From assembly GCA_043228905.1 (NCBI GenBank), contig JBHGNT010000020.1, positions 1,798,001 to 1,862,000 of the forward strand: 64,000 bases of DNA. Reading direction: 5' to 3'. The position numbers and the translations under genes were made by a program. Numbering within the stretch: position 1 is the stretch's first letter; each line of letters starts with the position of its first letter. This DNA is from Azolla caroliniana (Eukaryota > Plantae > Polypodiophyta). Shown one piece after another: positions 1 through 14,185 of this stretch. The notes below the pieces were generated by a model. It worked only from the letters and a program-made list of their open reading frames with translations. It made no database searches and was not told the origin of the DNA.

Positions 1-58
1 GCTATTTCTTACGCTTATTGTTCTAGCCTTATCAAGGTATATGGGTTTGTAATGTTGT

Positions 59-310
59 CAATATATGAGATTTAGTAAAAGATAACTGTTTATGAGACAT
101 AGTTTTTGAACACATCTCATTGGAGGATCTTCTAATGATATTGATTGCAGGTAAATACTCATATAACTCCTCAGCCTATTTTGTCGATATATGAGATTTA
201 GTAAAAGATAACTGTTTATGAGACATAGTTTTTGAACACATCTCATTGGAGGATCTTCTAATGATATTGATTGCAGGTAAATACTCATATAACTCCTCGG
301 CCTATTTTGC
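59..310. repeat. 126-bp direct tandem duplication covering an F2KP splice acceptor and the first ~33 nt of the exon
   Basis: atatatgagatttag... starts at 61 and again at 187; ttgcag|gtaaatactcat exon start at 151 and 277. Confidence 0.9.
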
Positions 311-3300
311 TAACCCGGCACGGGGAAAGCCAAGATAATGTTCGTGGTCGGATAGGAGGCGATCCTGCATTGAGGTATTTTGAATTTTCTTCATCTCAAA
401 TGAAAGGAGGTGAATATCAGATCTATATTCATCTAGGATTATAGAGGATATTTTGTTTTATATATTTGTAAATGTGCTTTGTTTGTTTGTAGATTCCTCT
501 CTTTTGGTAAACAATGTTGTAAACTTGTATTAATATAAACAATTATAAATAGCATCTATATATGTTTCGCATCTATCTACCATTGGACTAGCTACTATAA
601 GCAATGGGATGAAAGAAATAGAGAAGAGTTATTGTGCTGTGCTGAAAACTGGTTTTTCTATGCTAAAAACTGGTTGCCGCAGTTGCTGTGTAGATAGGGT
701 TTGGGACTGCTGCAAAACTTATTTTGGTTGGACCTCCAGAACCAAAAATTTGATTTGGGCTCATAAGTAGTTGAAAGAATCAGCTCGAAATCTACTTTTT
801 GAAAATGTGAAAATAGAGAAAAATTGCCTGTTGGAGGGTGGCAGCTAAGACTTGCACTCTCTTTCATCTTTATTATCTTTGTTCTACATTCTCTCTTCTC
901 CTAGATTCTTCTCTCTCTAGAATATGCAACGCTTTAAATGTCTTTTCTCTCTTCCACTTTTTCCTAGATATTCCCTATTATTCCTAGTTTATTGTACCTA
1001 TTTGGTAGTACAAGGGTCACTTAACTACCAAACAACCATTTCACCCACTTTCCCCAATTTTGTATAAATAGGCTATACCAGCCTCTTTTGTAAAGACTTT
1101 TACTTTTGCTGCTACTTTTGTATAAACAAGCTCTACTCTTTGGCTGTGTCTCTACTCTTTGCAACCATTTTTGCTACTGCTGTCTAACAGCCTTCTCACA
1201 ACTTGGCTGTGTCTATTTTGTTCTAACAATTGTTCCGCTGCTGCTATTAACAACTTTTCTCACATGGTATCAGAGCAGTGAGGTCTCCATATCCTCAACC
1301 TGATTTTTATTGCTAAAGAGGACACAGACCTATCTTCTTTTATCCCTCCCTCCCAACCCTATAGAGGAGGTTCTCTTAGCAGCCACCCTCCCGACCTACA
1401 GAGGAGGTTTTTTTTTTTTTTTTTTTTTTTTTCTTTTCCCCTCATCTGAGCCTCGCCTAGCATCTAGGGAGGAGTAGAAAGACCTTGAGCATCTACTTAC
1501 GACTGTTGCAAATTGTCTAGTTGTAGCTCAAGAGGAGGATATCCATGGCCTCACATGCCACCATTGTTTTATCAACCATTCCCCAACTCCCCAAAGAGTC
1601 CATCTTGGATGGGAACAATTACTTGGATTGGAAACTGCAAATAAAGACCTTGCTACAATACCATCGTCTATGGAATCTAGTCAATGGTAGTGACAAGAAA
1701 CCACCGGTAACGTCATCCTCTTTACGCAAATCAGTTGGCTCATCTAACGTTGAGATTGAAGCTTGGCTAGATAAGGATTCTTGTGCTCATGCTTTCCTCA
1801 TGTTTAATATTAAACCGAGCATTTCTCATCAATTTCAAGATACAGATGAAGAGACAGCCATTGAACCATGGGCAGCCATAAAAAAGACGTATCATCGAGC
1901 TAATCATGCTCAAATGATAGCTATTGAGAGCCAACTAGCAAATCTCAAGATTCATGACACTCCCAACATCATGGATCAAATAACGCAATTTGTTACACTC
2001 CAGAAGGAACTAGTTTCTTTGGGAAGCAAGTCAATTGAAGTTGAGTTTGTGCATCGTCTAATGATAAAGTTGCCTGAGTCATTCTCAGCCTTTTGGGACA
2101 CAATTTCTTTTCTTCCCAACACACCTGATATGAATACATTTCTTGGCATGCTACAAGATGGGGCAACAAGGAAGAAAAGTGCTCAAACTTCCAATGAGAC
2201 GCTTCTACATGCGAAAAGTAAAGGCAAGTGGAAGCAAATGGCAACTCCTACAACAATGCCAATCCAAGACCACCAAAGAGCTCACCTCTCATTATTGTGG
2301 CTACAAAGGTCACATTCAGCCCGATTGTCAGAAAAAGAAAAGGGACAATGCCAAGAAATCTTCTTCTACCGAAAGTCAACCTACACCAAAATCAAACTCG
2401 GTCCACTCAGCCAAAGAAATAGTTTTCCTTGGCATTGAGGAACATTCTTCACATTTGGCTGGAACAACTACCTCACCCATTAATGAGTGGTTAGTAGACA
2501 GTGGTGCCATTGCACACATGACTTATGAAAAATCCATTTTGCATGATGTGAAGCCTAGCTCCTCCCAAATCTCCATAGGAGGTGCCTCAAGCATTGCGGC
2601 TTCGTGTGTGGGTAATGTGTTTCTTAACACTTCTTCAAATGGCGAACCTGCAGTTCTTCAAGATGTGCTACATGTGCCTCACATCTCTGCCAACCTACTC
2701 TCGGTCTACCAAATCACTAAGCAAGGTTATGGAGTCTACTTTGATAGCTCAGTTTTGGAAGTCATTGACACCAACAACCTACAAATTGTAGCTAGTGGCA
2801 CACAAGAAGGGGGTTTATATTGCCTGAAAAAATCCAAATCTCATCTTCTTCATCTTCTTCAAGACTCTCATGCATTGGTGGCACAAGAAGATCCCATGTT
2901 GTGGAATGCTAGGTCTGGTTACCTCAACTACGACTCTCTACAAAAGCTCTCCTCTTCACAACTAGGTGAGGGTCTGCCTATTTTCAAAACTCCCAATACC
3001 CCATGTGTTGTTTGTCTTCATGAAGCCACTCACTGTGCAACATCTATCTTGGAAACCACTACTCTTGGTGGTGCATGCTACTTACATGCTTATTATTGAT
3101 GATTTCTCTTGTAAGGTTTGGGTTTATTTTCTTGTAGAAAAATCTCAAGCCGTCACCAAATTTCAAGAATGGGTAGCTCTTGTGGAGAACGAGACATCAA
3201 AGAAAGTTCGAAAGATCAGGCTCGACAATGGTGGAGAGTTTATCTCCCAAGCTTTTCACCATTTCTGCTCTCAACGAGGCATTGCTCACGAATTTTCTAC

Positions 3301-6300
3301 ACCCAATACTCCTCAACAAAATGGAGTTGTGGAAAGGAAGAATCAGACAGTCCAAGAGATGGCTCATACAATGCTATCTCAATCTGATCTTCCTCTCTCG
3401 TTTTGGGGTAAAGCTATCAACACCATAGTCCACATCATCAACTGCTGCCCAACAAAAGCAGCTGCTGCAATGATCCCTGCAGAAGCATTTATAGGTGTAA
3501 AGCCCTCAATATCTCATTTTAAAGTCTTTGGTTGTGATGCTTATGTTCACATTTCAGATCATAAAAGGACTAAATTTGAGTCCAAAACCAAGAAATGCAA
3601 ATTTCTTGGTTACAACACACAATCTAAAGCCTACAGGTTATGGGATTTAGAATCAATGTTCCTAGTCATCTCTAGGGATGTTCATTTTGTGGAGTGTAGT
3701 CGGATGACTCTAGGATTTCACCTGAGTTCATGTTTGAAATCCCAGCTCTTCCGGAATCTCCTATTTTAGACGAAGATGTCTCACCTTCAAGCCCCCCGTT
3801 AGTCATCTCTAGGGATTTTCATTTTGTGGAGTGTAGCCGGATGACTCTAGGATTTCACCTGAGTTCATGTTTGAAATCCCAGCTCTTCCGGAATCTCCTA
3901 TTTTAGACGAAGATGTCTCACCTTCAAGCCCCCCGTCTCCTCCTACTCAACCTCTAACTTCGCCAACAATTCAAACCTCTCCCTCAACTCCACTTGTTTC
4001 CCCTCCCTCTACACACCAGCTTCCACCACTTCCCATGTGGCTTCAAGCCACCATTCGTGATTCTCATCTTTCCGATGTTGAACTTCATGAGTATACATCT
4101 GGTTCTCCGACCAACATGAAAAGAACACGTAGGCACAACAGCCTATTCACTCATGCAACTTTGCCTTACTATGCATTGTTGTGCAATCACGAGAACCCAC
4201 AACGGCAAAAGAGGCCCATGTTCTTCCAAAGTGGAAAGCAACAATGGAAGATGAACTTGATTCCATTGAGCGGAATCATACATGGGAGCTTGTCCCGCAG
4301 CCTCAACATCGACAAGTCATTGGACTGAAATGGATTTTCAAGACCAAGTACCCTGCTGATGGTACTTTGGATAAGCACTAGGCACATTTAGTTGCAAAAG
4401 GCTACTCACAAGTGGAAGGAGTAGATTACGAGGAAACTTTTGCTCCAACAACAAGGTACACCTCGATTCGATGTGCTCTTGCACTTGCTGCTCACAACAA
4501 ATGGCCCATCTTTCAAATGGATGTTAAGTCGGCCTTCCTTAATGGTGACTTGAAAGAGAAAGTTTATGTTGAACAGCCTCCAGGTTTCGAGATTTCAGAG
4601 CGGAAAAACATGGTCTACAAGTTACACAAAGCCTTGTAAGGCTTAAAGCAAGCTCCCAAAGCTTGGCATGACAAAATTGATACATTCTTTCTCTCACTTG
4701 GGTTCAAACATTGTTATGTTGACAACAATCTCTATGTCTTTTCCCAAGAAAATCTGCTATGCTTGATCATATTATATGTTGATGACCTTTTAATTACAAG
4801 GTCCCTTGCTTCTAAAATCAAGGAGCTCCGCGCTAACCTCAAAACAACCTTCGAAATGACTGATCTAGGACGTCTCCATTATTTCATAGGTATGGAGGTA
4901 TATCAATCACATGGTGGTATCTTCCTCAGACAACATAGGTATCTCAGGCAGCTCCTTGAGACCTATAGCATGTCAAATTGCAGGCCACTCTCTTGTCCAA
5001 TGGATCCAAACTCAAAGCTATCTTGTGAAGACAATTCTCCGATATTTGAAGATATCACGAAATATAGAAGGTTAATTGGGGCCCTTCTTCACTTATCTGA
5101 CACCAGGGCTGATTTGTCCTATAGTGTGAGTATTCTCAGCCAATTCTCAAGTGCTCGAAGACAAAGTCATTGGCAAGGAGCTATTCGAGTTCTTAGGTAT
5201 TTGGCCAACACACTCGACTATGGTCTCTCTTTTAGAGGCGGCATTGAGCTTGCTGGTTACTCAGATGCTGATTGGGCAGGTGATATTGATTCTAGAAAGT
5301 CTAAATCTGGCTATTGTTTTATGTTAGGTTCAGGCTTAATTTCTTGGAAATCAAAGAAGAAAAACCGAGTTTCTACTTCATCCACGGAAGCTGAATATCG
5401 AGCCTACTTGGATACTTGTTGTGACTTGCTATGGTTAATGCAATTATTTTGTCACATTGGTGTTTTGCAAGACTCTCCTATTGCAGTTTTCACTGACAGC
5501 CAAAGTGCTCATGCCTTGGCACATAGCTCAGCATTTCATGGTAGAACAAAACATATTGAAGTGCAGTACCATTTTGTTCATGAATTAGTGAAATCACAAG
5601 TCATCAACGTGCATATTGTCCTACCCAAGAAAATGTGGCTGATTTATTTATTGAGCCACTTCCAAGACAAGCCCACCTTCTCTTTGTAGAATCTGCAACG
5701 CTTTGAATGCCTTTCCTCTCTTCCACTTTTTCGAAGATATTCCCTCTTATTCCTAGTTTATTGAACCTGTTTGGTAGTACAAGAGTCACTTAACTACCAA
5801 ACAACCATTTCACCCACTGTCCCCAATTTGGTATAAATAGGCTATACCAACCTCTTTTGTAAAGACTTTTACTTTTGCTGCTACTTTCAAACAAGCTCTA
5901 CTCTTTGGCTGTGTCTAACAGCCTTCTCACAGCTTGGCTGTGTCTAACAACTGTTCCACTGCTGCTATTAACAGCTTTTCTCACAATGGATGCAGTTGAT
6001 TTTTACTTATAACCTTGTTGACCTGATCTTCTAATCTAGAATTAAATGAAACTTTAAAATATGTGCGACATGTATTTATTTATAGCCCAAAAATTATTTA
6101 CCTCTGTTTCCTACAGCTTCTTTTGCCTTGCTGTTTCCATGTTAGAAAAGTTTCTTGCTACACAGCATTCTTCCTACAAGAAACCTCTTGTAAGACTTGT
6201 ACCTCCTTCAACACATGCCTATTTGGCTCCCCTTTTGTAAAACTGGGAATACATCTGTTACTTCTTTAGAACATCAGAAGGCACATCTGTCTGAAGACCT

Positions 6301-9300
6301 TTTAGCACTTCTCTTATTTTTAGCGTCATTTCTCTTTTATTGATGGCAGTGAAATTAGAGATTCTCCGTAATGTTTGACACTATGGTTCATATCAAGTGT
6401 GATCCTGAACTGATGTGAATTATCTTCTTGCAGTGAATCAGGGGAAAGGTACGCCAAGAAGCTGGCAGATTTCGTTAGTAAAAGGCTGAAAAATGAACGA
6501 ACAGCTTCTGTAAATTTCTAAATTTGGCTTTATATCTTTTGTTTGACTATAATTTTCTTTGAACGTGTCTCATTGTGCTATTTAAATACCAAATACAAGT
6601 GCTCTTTAAATACCAAATTTCTAAATTTGGCTTTATATCTTTTGTTTGACTATAATTTTCTTTGAACATGTACGCATAGATTTTGCATTTAATACCTGGA
6701 AGTAGTCTTATTCTACTTTGGTTGTGGTTAAGATGTTCTGATGTAAAGTTTGTTTCTTTCAGTGAATAATTTATATCCTGGAAGATTTGTTTCAGTAAGG
6801 ATATTGATTTATCAAAATTATTTCCTAAAATATTTTTGCTTTAGTTTTTTCCTGGATACCCTTCTTATACATGATATTGCTAATGGAAATGTGAATGTAA
6901 GATTGGAAACCATTAAATTGGATTATTCAAAGAAGAGCATAAATACACACAGGAATGGAAAGTTTCTCACAGAAAGATATTTTATTGTCTTTTAAGAGGC
7001 CAAAATGGCCTATAAAACCAAGGAAGAGATTGCATAATAAATGCTGTCTTGTCTTTGAGAACAGCGTTTTATTAATGTCTCCAAAATAAAATGATTACTA
7101 ATGAGATGGTAAACCTGACAAAGATTACAAGTGTCTCTGTTGAACTTAATAATGTGAGTGGCAAAAGAAAGAAAGAAGAAAAAAAGATATATGAATGTCT
7201 TTTAAGAGGCCAAAATTGCCAATAAGACCAAACAAGAGATTCCTACAAACAAATATATTTTTATACCAGATTGCAACCAAATGGCTTGAAATGTAATCAT
7301 GAATTATGAATAATCAACCATCAGGTTGGTATCGTTGCATTGGAACTGAAATTGCTGCCCTACTGAAAATATCCATGATGAGATTATCCTTATGGAAAAG
7401 TCAGGCTTGATGAAGCGTGCATATCTGCTGCTGTTGGCAATGGCTTTTGTTTTTTGAGGATATGCGCATCGGGTTCGTGGTCTTGGTTGGTGATGGAGAC
7501 TGTCTTCGAAAATTGGTTCCAGTTGCAGTTAATCCACTTTGATTGAGATGTTTGGTTGTACACCAACCAGTTATGGGCATTTATGGGAAAAAGCCACCAA
7601 GCTTACATGCTTTATTGCCTATTTGGTATATGCTTTTTAACACATTTCCCTGGTGGTTGTAAACTATGTAATTAGTTGATCCATGTAGACCAATAATAAG
7701 TGGCTTATGAGGTTAAGATCTCCAGATGACAGTGATCTTCTGAATCTGTGTCTAAAATGGCATAACCAATACTCATATGAAGAAATAAAATTTGTTATTT
7801 TGTTAAAGGTATAATATTATACGATATTATTATTAATACAGATTCAAGAGATTACTGCCAAACATCAAAATAGAGTTTGGATATGTCACCCTGCACATTT
7901 CTGTGCTTCTACATGCTTATAGCAACGATGGGCTCTTCTATCTGATAACTTTCTGGCTTACTACATTTGATACTTTATCACTGAACCTGTCATGTTGGAA
8001 AATAATTCCGTTGATAGATCCAGTTCCTACTTATAGGAACGATGGGCTCTTCTATCTGATAACTTTCTGAATCTATCTAAGGTTCATTATAATAATCTTG
8101 CATATATCTTAAATTAATACATTAATAATATGAATTATGTAGGTTTTTGCACCGATATATCTGAAAAGCACCTTATTGTTTGATGTAGATATGGACAAGT
8201 ACATTGCAAAGGACCATTCTCACAGCTCGCCACAATCTTGGTTTTCCTAAGGTAAATTGTTTTATTACAGGCTAAAAGAAAACGAGAATTGAGGCTGGGA
8301 ACAAATTCGTTATTAATTCTTGTTTGTTCCCCTGTTCAATTTTCTGCTCAAAAATGTGAGACGTATTATTCTTTGCCATATTTGATTTATAACTAGGTAT
8401 GTCCCATTGAGCAAGCCTAATAATTCTAATATAGGCTAGTAATTATTGTGAAAACAAAATGGTCATGAGCGAGACATTGCTTATGTCTGGGAGATTTGTT
8501 CTTATCTTTATTATTGAGAAAATGAGAGAGGGAACATACATGAAAGATGCCTTTAGGCACTGTTATTGTAATATTTAACAAAAACCAGCTATAGTGGATA
8601 ATTAATCAAATAAGCCAGCCCTGAAGCAGTAGTTTCTATCAGGAGTGTTGGAAGACAGTGATCAGATAATGTCAAACACATTTAGTTTGAGCTGCAAGAA
8701 GATAATAATCAGAGAAGATACCTATGATTCAGACAGCTGATTACTGTGATAATGGGAGTACAATCTTTTGTACTACAATATATTGAGTTTGCCATTGGAA
8801 CTTTAGAGTTCTGGTGAGCTTGACCGTAAGCCAAAGTGCTTACCTCAATTTTGTTTGTGCACCGTTACCTAGTACCATGCCTGTAATCCCGCTTCTTTTT
8901 TCATCTATGTGCTGACGTATACAATGAAATGATTGCTTATCTTTGTCTGAAAGGTAATCTAAAACCTATTGATGAAATGTCATTGTTAAAAGAGAGATGA
9001 AATATGGCCACTGGTCTGTGTAATAGCCCAGTTTCAGACGACTCGGTAACTGATGTGTCATAACTGTAACTCCTTGTTAATCGCCTTCGTGCATGAGGAT
9101 GTTGTGTGGTCTCAAACCAGCAACATGCTCGGATTTTTATATCTCTGTTAGCGGGACAATATAAAAGAAACCAATTCAGTAAGATCACCATCCAAACAAC
9201 TTCCTCAGAACATCATAAATAACGAACATGAGAAGACTCACAACTTTCTTTGAGGAAGAAATTCAACGAACATGAGCTGTAAAGGAGTGTGAATGATATC

Positions 9301-10810
9301 AACCCTCTTCACAATTTGTGAACTAGGTTGGAAAGGAATTATAAGCTTGTCTCATCCAGCCTTTTATGCTGCTTTTACTATAGGTAACTTTCTGCTCTTG
9401 TCTTGGGCTTGCAGCTCTTTCAATCTTCAGAAGTCATGCTCATGGTGCCTTGCCTATTCTACTACCATTTTTCTTCAATATATTATTCTATAGAATCAGG
9501 AATTTGCATAAAATGTAGTTATAAAATTAGAGCCTGTCCTTAAATATTTCAATGGAAGCTCCATCATACTGTAAATCAGTATAGCCTTTGACAATTGACT
9601 TTCTTTTCTGACTAAAAATATGTACACCTGGGGTGAATGCTACTGGACGATCCTGCACATCTAATGTGAATGCTAATGTTTGTGTACTATTTCCATTGAG
9701 TTCAGGTGCAATGGCGAGCTCTGGATGAAATAAATGCTGGTGTTTGTGAAGGGATGACTTATGAAGAGATTAAAGTGAACATGCCAGAGGAGTACAAGTA
9801 AGCATGGGATTATCGTATAAACAGTATTATCTTTAGAAAAAATTATTCATTGATGTAAATATGGCGTTTTGTTTTACTATAACAAAATGGATATTGCACA
9901 GGAGGTGATCCATATATATATATATATATTAGATATATTGGAAATTGATGAACTGCTAATTTGAGCAGGGCAAGAAAGCTTGACAAGTTGAGATACCGTT
10001 ATCCACGTGGTGAATCATATCTCGATGTGATCCAGAGGTTGCATTTCTAACTCCACATAATAATCACGCTTCAAGTATAATTTTAGGAAATTGTAATGCT
10101 GTTGTAGTGTTCTAATTTCTGGCCCTGGTAGGTTGGAGCCTGTTATCATCGAGCTGGAGAGGCAGAGATCACCAGTGGTTGTAATTTCTCACCAGGTTTG
10201 TTGTACATTTGATACGTGTTGTTTATTGAATACATATCTGCTTTGTACTGGGTTCATAGAAACTACATAGTTTTATTCATTTAGTGTGTACTTCATTGCT
10301 AAGTATGTTATTTGTTTATTCCATGGGTGCTTCATAAGGGCATGTTGTAGTAGTTCGAATGTATACTAGAATCAAGATACAAGCTTATTTATATTGCTAA
10401 TGGTTCATTGAGGTTTACAGTTGGTCCATTTGTGTATGTATTGAAATAGGCTGTCCTGCGTGCTCTCTATGCTTACTTTGCGGACAAACCATTGCAAGAA
10501 GTACCGCACATTGAGGTAGAATTCTTAAACAACATTGGAGAAATTTATTATAAATACCATTTCTCAATGTCTTTGTGTTGGTGTATGATTTATAGATATA
10601 TGATATGCCCCGAAGTCATTAAGTGTAGTTGTCTTTTATATGTGTAGTTGGCACATCAGTATTGTAAATTTGAGGGTTTTGTGCATCGAGTATATATGTG
10701 TCAGTTTTTTACCTTGAGTTCAGGTACCTCTTCATACTATCATAGAGATTCAAATGGGAGTTACCGGGGTTCAAGAGAAGCGTTATAAGCTAATGGATAC
10801 ATCGAGTTGA
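277..10810 (+). CDS. F2KP: 6-phosphofructo-2-kinase/fructose-2,6-bisphosphatase, 3' part (bisphosphatase domain); 5' exons lie upstream of the window
   Basis: Eight AG/GT-bounded, phase-compatible exons: 277-374 ([35 protein letters not shown] histidine-phosphatase motif), 6434-6509, 8189-8251 (IWTSTLQRT), 9706-9797 ([21 protein letters not shown]), 9969-10037 ([16 protein letters not shown]), 10132-10195, 10450-10515, 10724-10810 (ends [13 protein letters not shown]). Confidence 0.95.
1545..5689 (+). pseudogene. copia gag-pol polyprotein, disrupted
   Basis: Fragments in copia order: gag ([10 protein letters not shown]), CCHC remnant, protease (WLVDSGA), integrase ([19 protein letters not shown]), RT ([15 protein letters not shown]), RNase H ([18 protein letters not shown]). 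Several frameshifts and stops. Confidence 0.93.
3662..3936. repeat. 137-bp tandem duplication inside the copia (end of integrase)
   Basis: agtcatctctaggga... at 3664 and 3801. Confidence 0.88.
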
Positions 10811-13800
10811 TGCAATAACATACTTCAATGTGCTGGAGAGAATTTGTTTAAATGTATAAGTTGATCAATTATTTTGTAAAACCTTTTTTTTCAAACTCAA
10901 AAAGAATTGTCACTATGATGAAATCCATAACTGTTTCCAAGTTCTTACACTCTCACAAACTTTGTAACGTGTGCCTTGAAAGTGTGATATTATTCACCTA
11001 TGAAATTTGTACAATTGAGCTAGTCATCTAGAGGCACCAGAACAAAAAGAGTCAAGTGTAAGAATGTAAATCCTTTTCACCCTCAGTTATGACAGACAAG
11101 AAGTGGATTAAGCCCTATTTCAGTATCTTGTAACATTAACATGAATATGGCTTGTGAAGCGCAACCATTTCCTTTCCATTGTCTTAATCACTTAAATTGT
11201 GTTTTGATTTAACCAGTTAGGGATGGGAATATTAGAAACTCTAGTTTTTCTCACCATAACTCTTCTTGATAATTGGTTAATGCTAGGCCTTTCAATGGTA
11301 TTAGAATTTAATTTAGTTGACAATGATGGCCACACAAGCCATTTCTATTTAATCTCTCAAGCTTCCTTAATCTCTCCAGCAATATTCTTTTGCTTCCTAA
11401 AATCTCTCAAGCTTTCTTTCGTCCTCATTTGCTTCATGATGCATCACTAGATTTTTTTGTAAACATAGAATGCGATGTCCATTGCTTCCATGCAACTTAA
11501 CTCACACAATTTGCCATGTTAGACAAGTCACACAAGTGATGAGAGTGGTTGATCATGCACGGTTTGCCCAAAACAAGTTATGAGTTTGAGTATCATAGTT
11601 CAATACAATGCTTTGCCTTTGATCACATTAGACATTACTTTCCACACATTTTTAACTAAAACCTAATCTCTCACAATCACAATGTATGTTTTGAATTACA
11701 TCAATTAGTAAAGTCCTTGAACATCAAGTGTTGCTCCTCACATTCACATCTATTGTGTGAAATATAATATTTTTGGTCTTATAGGTCATATTTGACCTAC
11801 GAAGACAATAACAAAAGTTGTCTATCTATCTTTCTATCTCTCATTGTCTTGGCTTGTTTATGGGAGCATTTTGATTATGGATATGATAGTAATGGATTCT
11901 ATAACATTTAGGGTTTACAATTCAATTGTTTTTTAAGGGTTCGAGTTTTGTTTTGTTTTGATTTTTTTTTGAATTTGGGCAAATCACCAACAAAGGTATA
12001 CCTCATTCAATACCTCTACAACCTTTAGATAAAAGAATTTGACTAAGTTTCTACTCACTTGAATGCTTACAAAGGCATTGTTTCCTATTTGTTGGCCTAG
12101 GGGATGAAGAGTGATGAAGGGGTACATGCTCTACTCTTGATGACCACTCTATTGACCCATAAAAGGGAACCTCCTACTTATTTGAGAAACCAAGGTAAAT
12201 ACCTTGTATCCATGTATTTCACTCAATGGGAGAGGTGTATTTTTGGCCAATCTTGATCTACTTTCCTTAATGTTGATTATGGCATGGGAGACTCATGCAT
12301 CTGAGTAAGATTAGCTTCACACAACTATTTGAGACTAGCTACATTCTCCATCTCTCCTATTTCGGTAGTCAATTCCACGATGTTGTGTTTCAACTTGAGT
12401 TTGGGGCTTGCGAGGAATGATAATGAAGTGCTAGTTAGTACAAGAACCCACTCCCACACTATCAACAATGTAGCATGGTCTTAACTCACCTAAGGTCTTA
12501 ATATTACCTTGCCATAAAAAATGTGCCAATATCGACTTTAGTGGACACCAGGTATACATCAACCCTTGTCTTAGAAAAATGTGTGGCACTCAAGTTCCCT
12601 TACATGAATGTCTGTGAGGATACCTATGAGGGGTTTGAGGGATCGAGGATGTCCTGCCTCGGGTCTTTCGTTTGCTCAATTAAAATGACCACATGCCAAA
12701 TCTTTGTGCATGCATGGATGCCACCCCCAAAGGTCTTGAAACAATTGTGTCTTTTGGGATAAGATTAGTGTTACGGGAGTAGGTGCATGGTAGCATCGAG
12801 AGAGCATGACATTTACTTTTTGACAACCAATCATATAGAAAAGGAAATCCTAGTCAAGTAGTCAAGGCTTTCGGGTAGTCTAACTGAATGAAGGATGCAC
12901 AACTCTAACCCTAGGCTTGAACCTAGATTGTGAGCTAGAAAGACATATAATATCGGTTCTGACGTCAAAACTCGATCAATCTCTAGAGCTAGATCAAGCT
13001 TTGAACCCTCATGTTTGGCAAGAACAAAAACAATGTGCACATAGAAAATCATCAATGTTGCAACGCGTTCCTAAGAAAGACTTATAGCCCCAAATGTTAG
13101 ACGGACTATCCCCACACCTCCCAAATAGGTCACTATGCAAGTCAACCAAATCTAAGGAATGGGTTAATGTGCATGGGTTTAGGTCATTGCCAAAGTGAAC
13201 TTCCCAAATCACGACAACCACCTCCACCAAACCTACGCATTTTTTGGTATGTGCCAAATGTGGTATGTGAAGGTCCGCCATGATGGAATCCTTTCACCTC
13301 TATATCAAACATCTCTCCTTTATTCATAACCTAACTATCTTTGATAGAGACCTATCTAAAAACTAAGGTAGATGGTCTCTTATCCTTTTTCATCCAACTC
13401 CACAATGACCATTCCTTCCACCACAACCATGTTGAGCATCTAGACCACTAGACTTTGATCACATATTTCTCGATTCTTAATCTAGTTTTCATGTAGTGTT
13501 TTAAGCTCCATTCCTTGATTGTAACCCATCATATCATATAAAAGTGCCTCCCTCATTTCAGCTATCCCCTTGATCATCATAGTGGCACCAAGTTCTTTAA
13601 TCTTCTCTCATTCCAAAACTTTTATATTTTGTATGCCCTAATGTCATAATCTTCCACCTTTGTTTCTATCACAATTAATTCCACTTGAAAAAAATTTAAG
13701 CGTTGAGACTTCGATCATAGCAGCAGAAGGTGAGGTGCCAACCTTCCTTTCCATGAGATCTCTTGAGCACATGTTAGACTAATGTCTATCTTTCTCTTGA

Positions 13801-13874
13801 GCTTCCACGAGGTGGTTACTCTCCTCTTGACTCACGTCATTCTTTCGTGGTCTTTGTCCCTTAAAGAGTTCAAT

Positions 13875-14185
13875 ATAAAGAGTCAGCAACCTCTCGGTTC
13901 AAACCTAAATCGAGCCTTTAAGCCGTTTATAAACGGTTTGACGGTTCGGTCCAGTAACGGCGTGAGCTTCATTAACCGGTTTGAGCTCGTGTGGCAAGGC
14001 TCAAGACAAACCGAACCGAATTGGGCCGAACCGTGTTACAAACCGATTAAGGCAAAACGGTTTGGACCAGTTCCTAAACTAGTTTAGGCTTAACCGATTT
14101 AGGAACAAGTTTGGTTCGAGTTTAAAACCTTCCAAATTGATTAAGGCTTAACCAACTTGGTTTGGACAAGGCCTAACCGGTTAAG
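13875..14185. repeat. AACCG/CGGTT-rich segment, possible non-autonomous DNA transposon remnant
   Basis: Dense direct and inverted aaccg/cggtt motifs. No TIR/TSD pair identified. Confidence 0.35.

Larger units (their letters stand above)
610..5985 (+). mobile_element. Decayed Ty1/copia LTR retrotransposon inside F2KP intron 375-6433
   Basis: 5' LTR ~610-1264 ends ttctcaCA, followed by PBS tggtatcagagc (1265-1276, tRNA-Met). The 3' LTR is only ~5677-5985 and matches 5' LTR ~909-1264. Flanks are atggga/atgga (imperfect TSD), so the left boundary is less certain. Confidence 0.9.
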
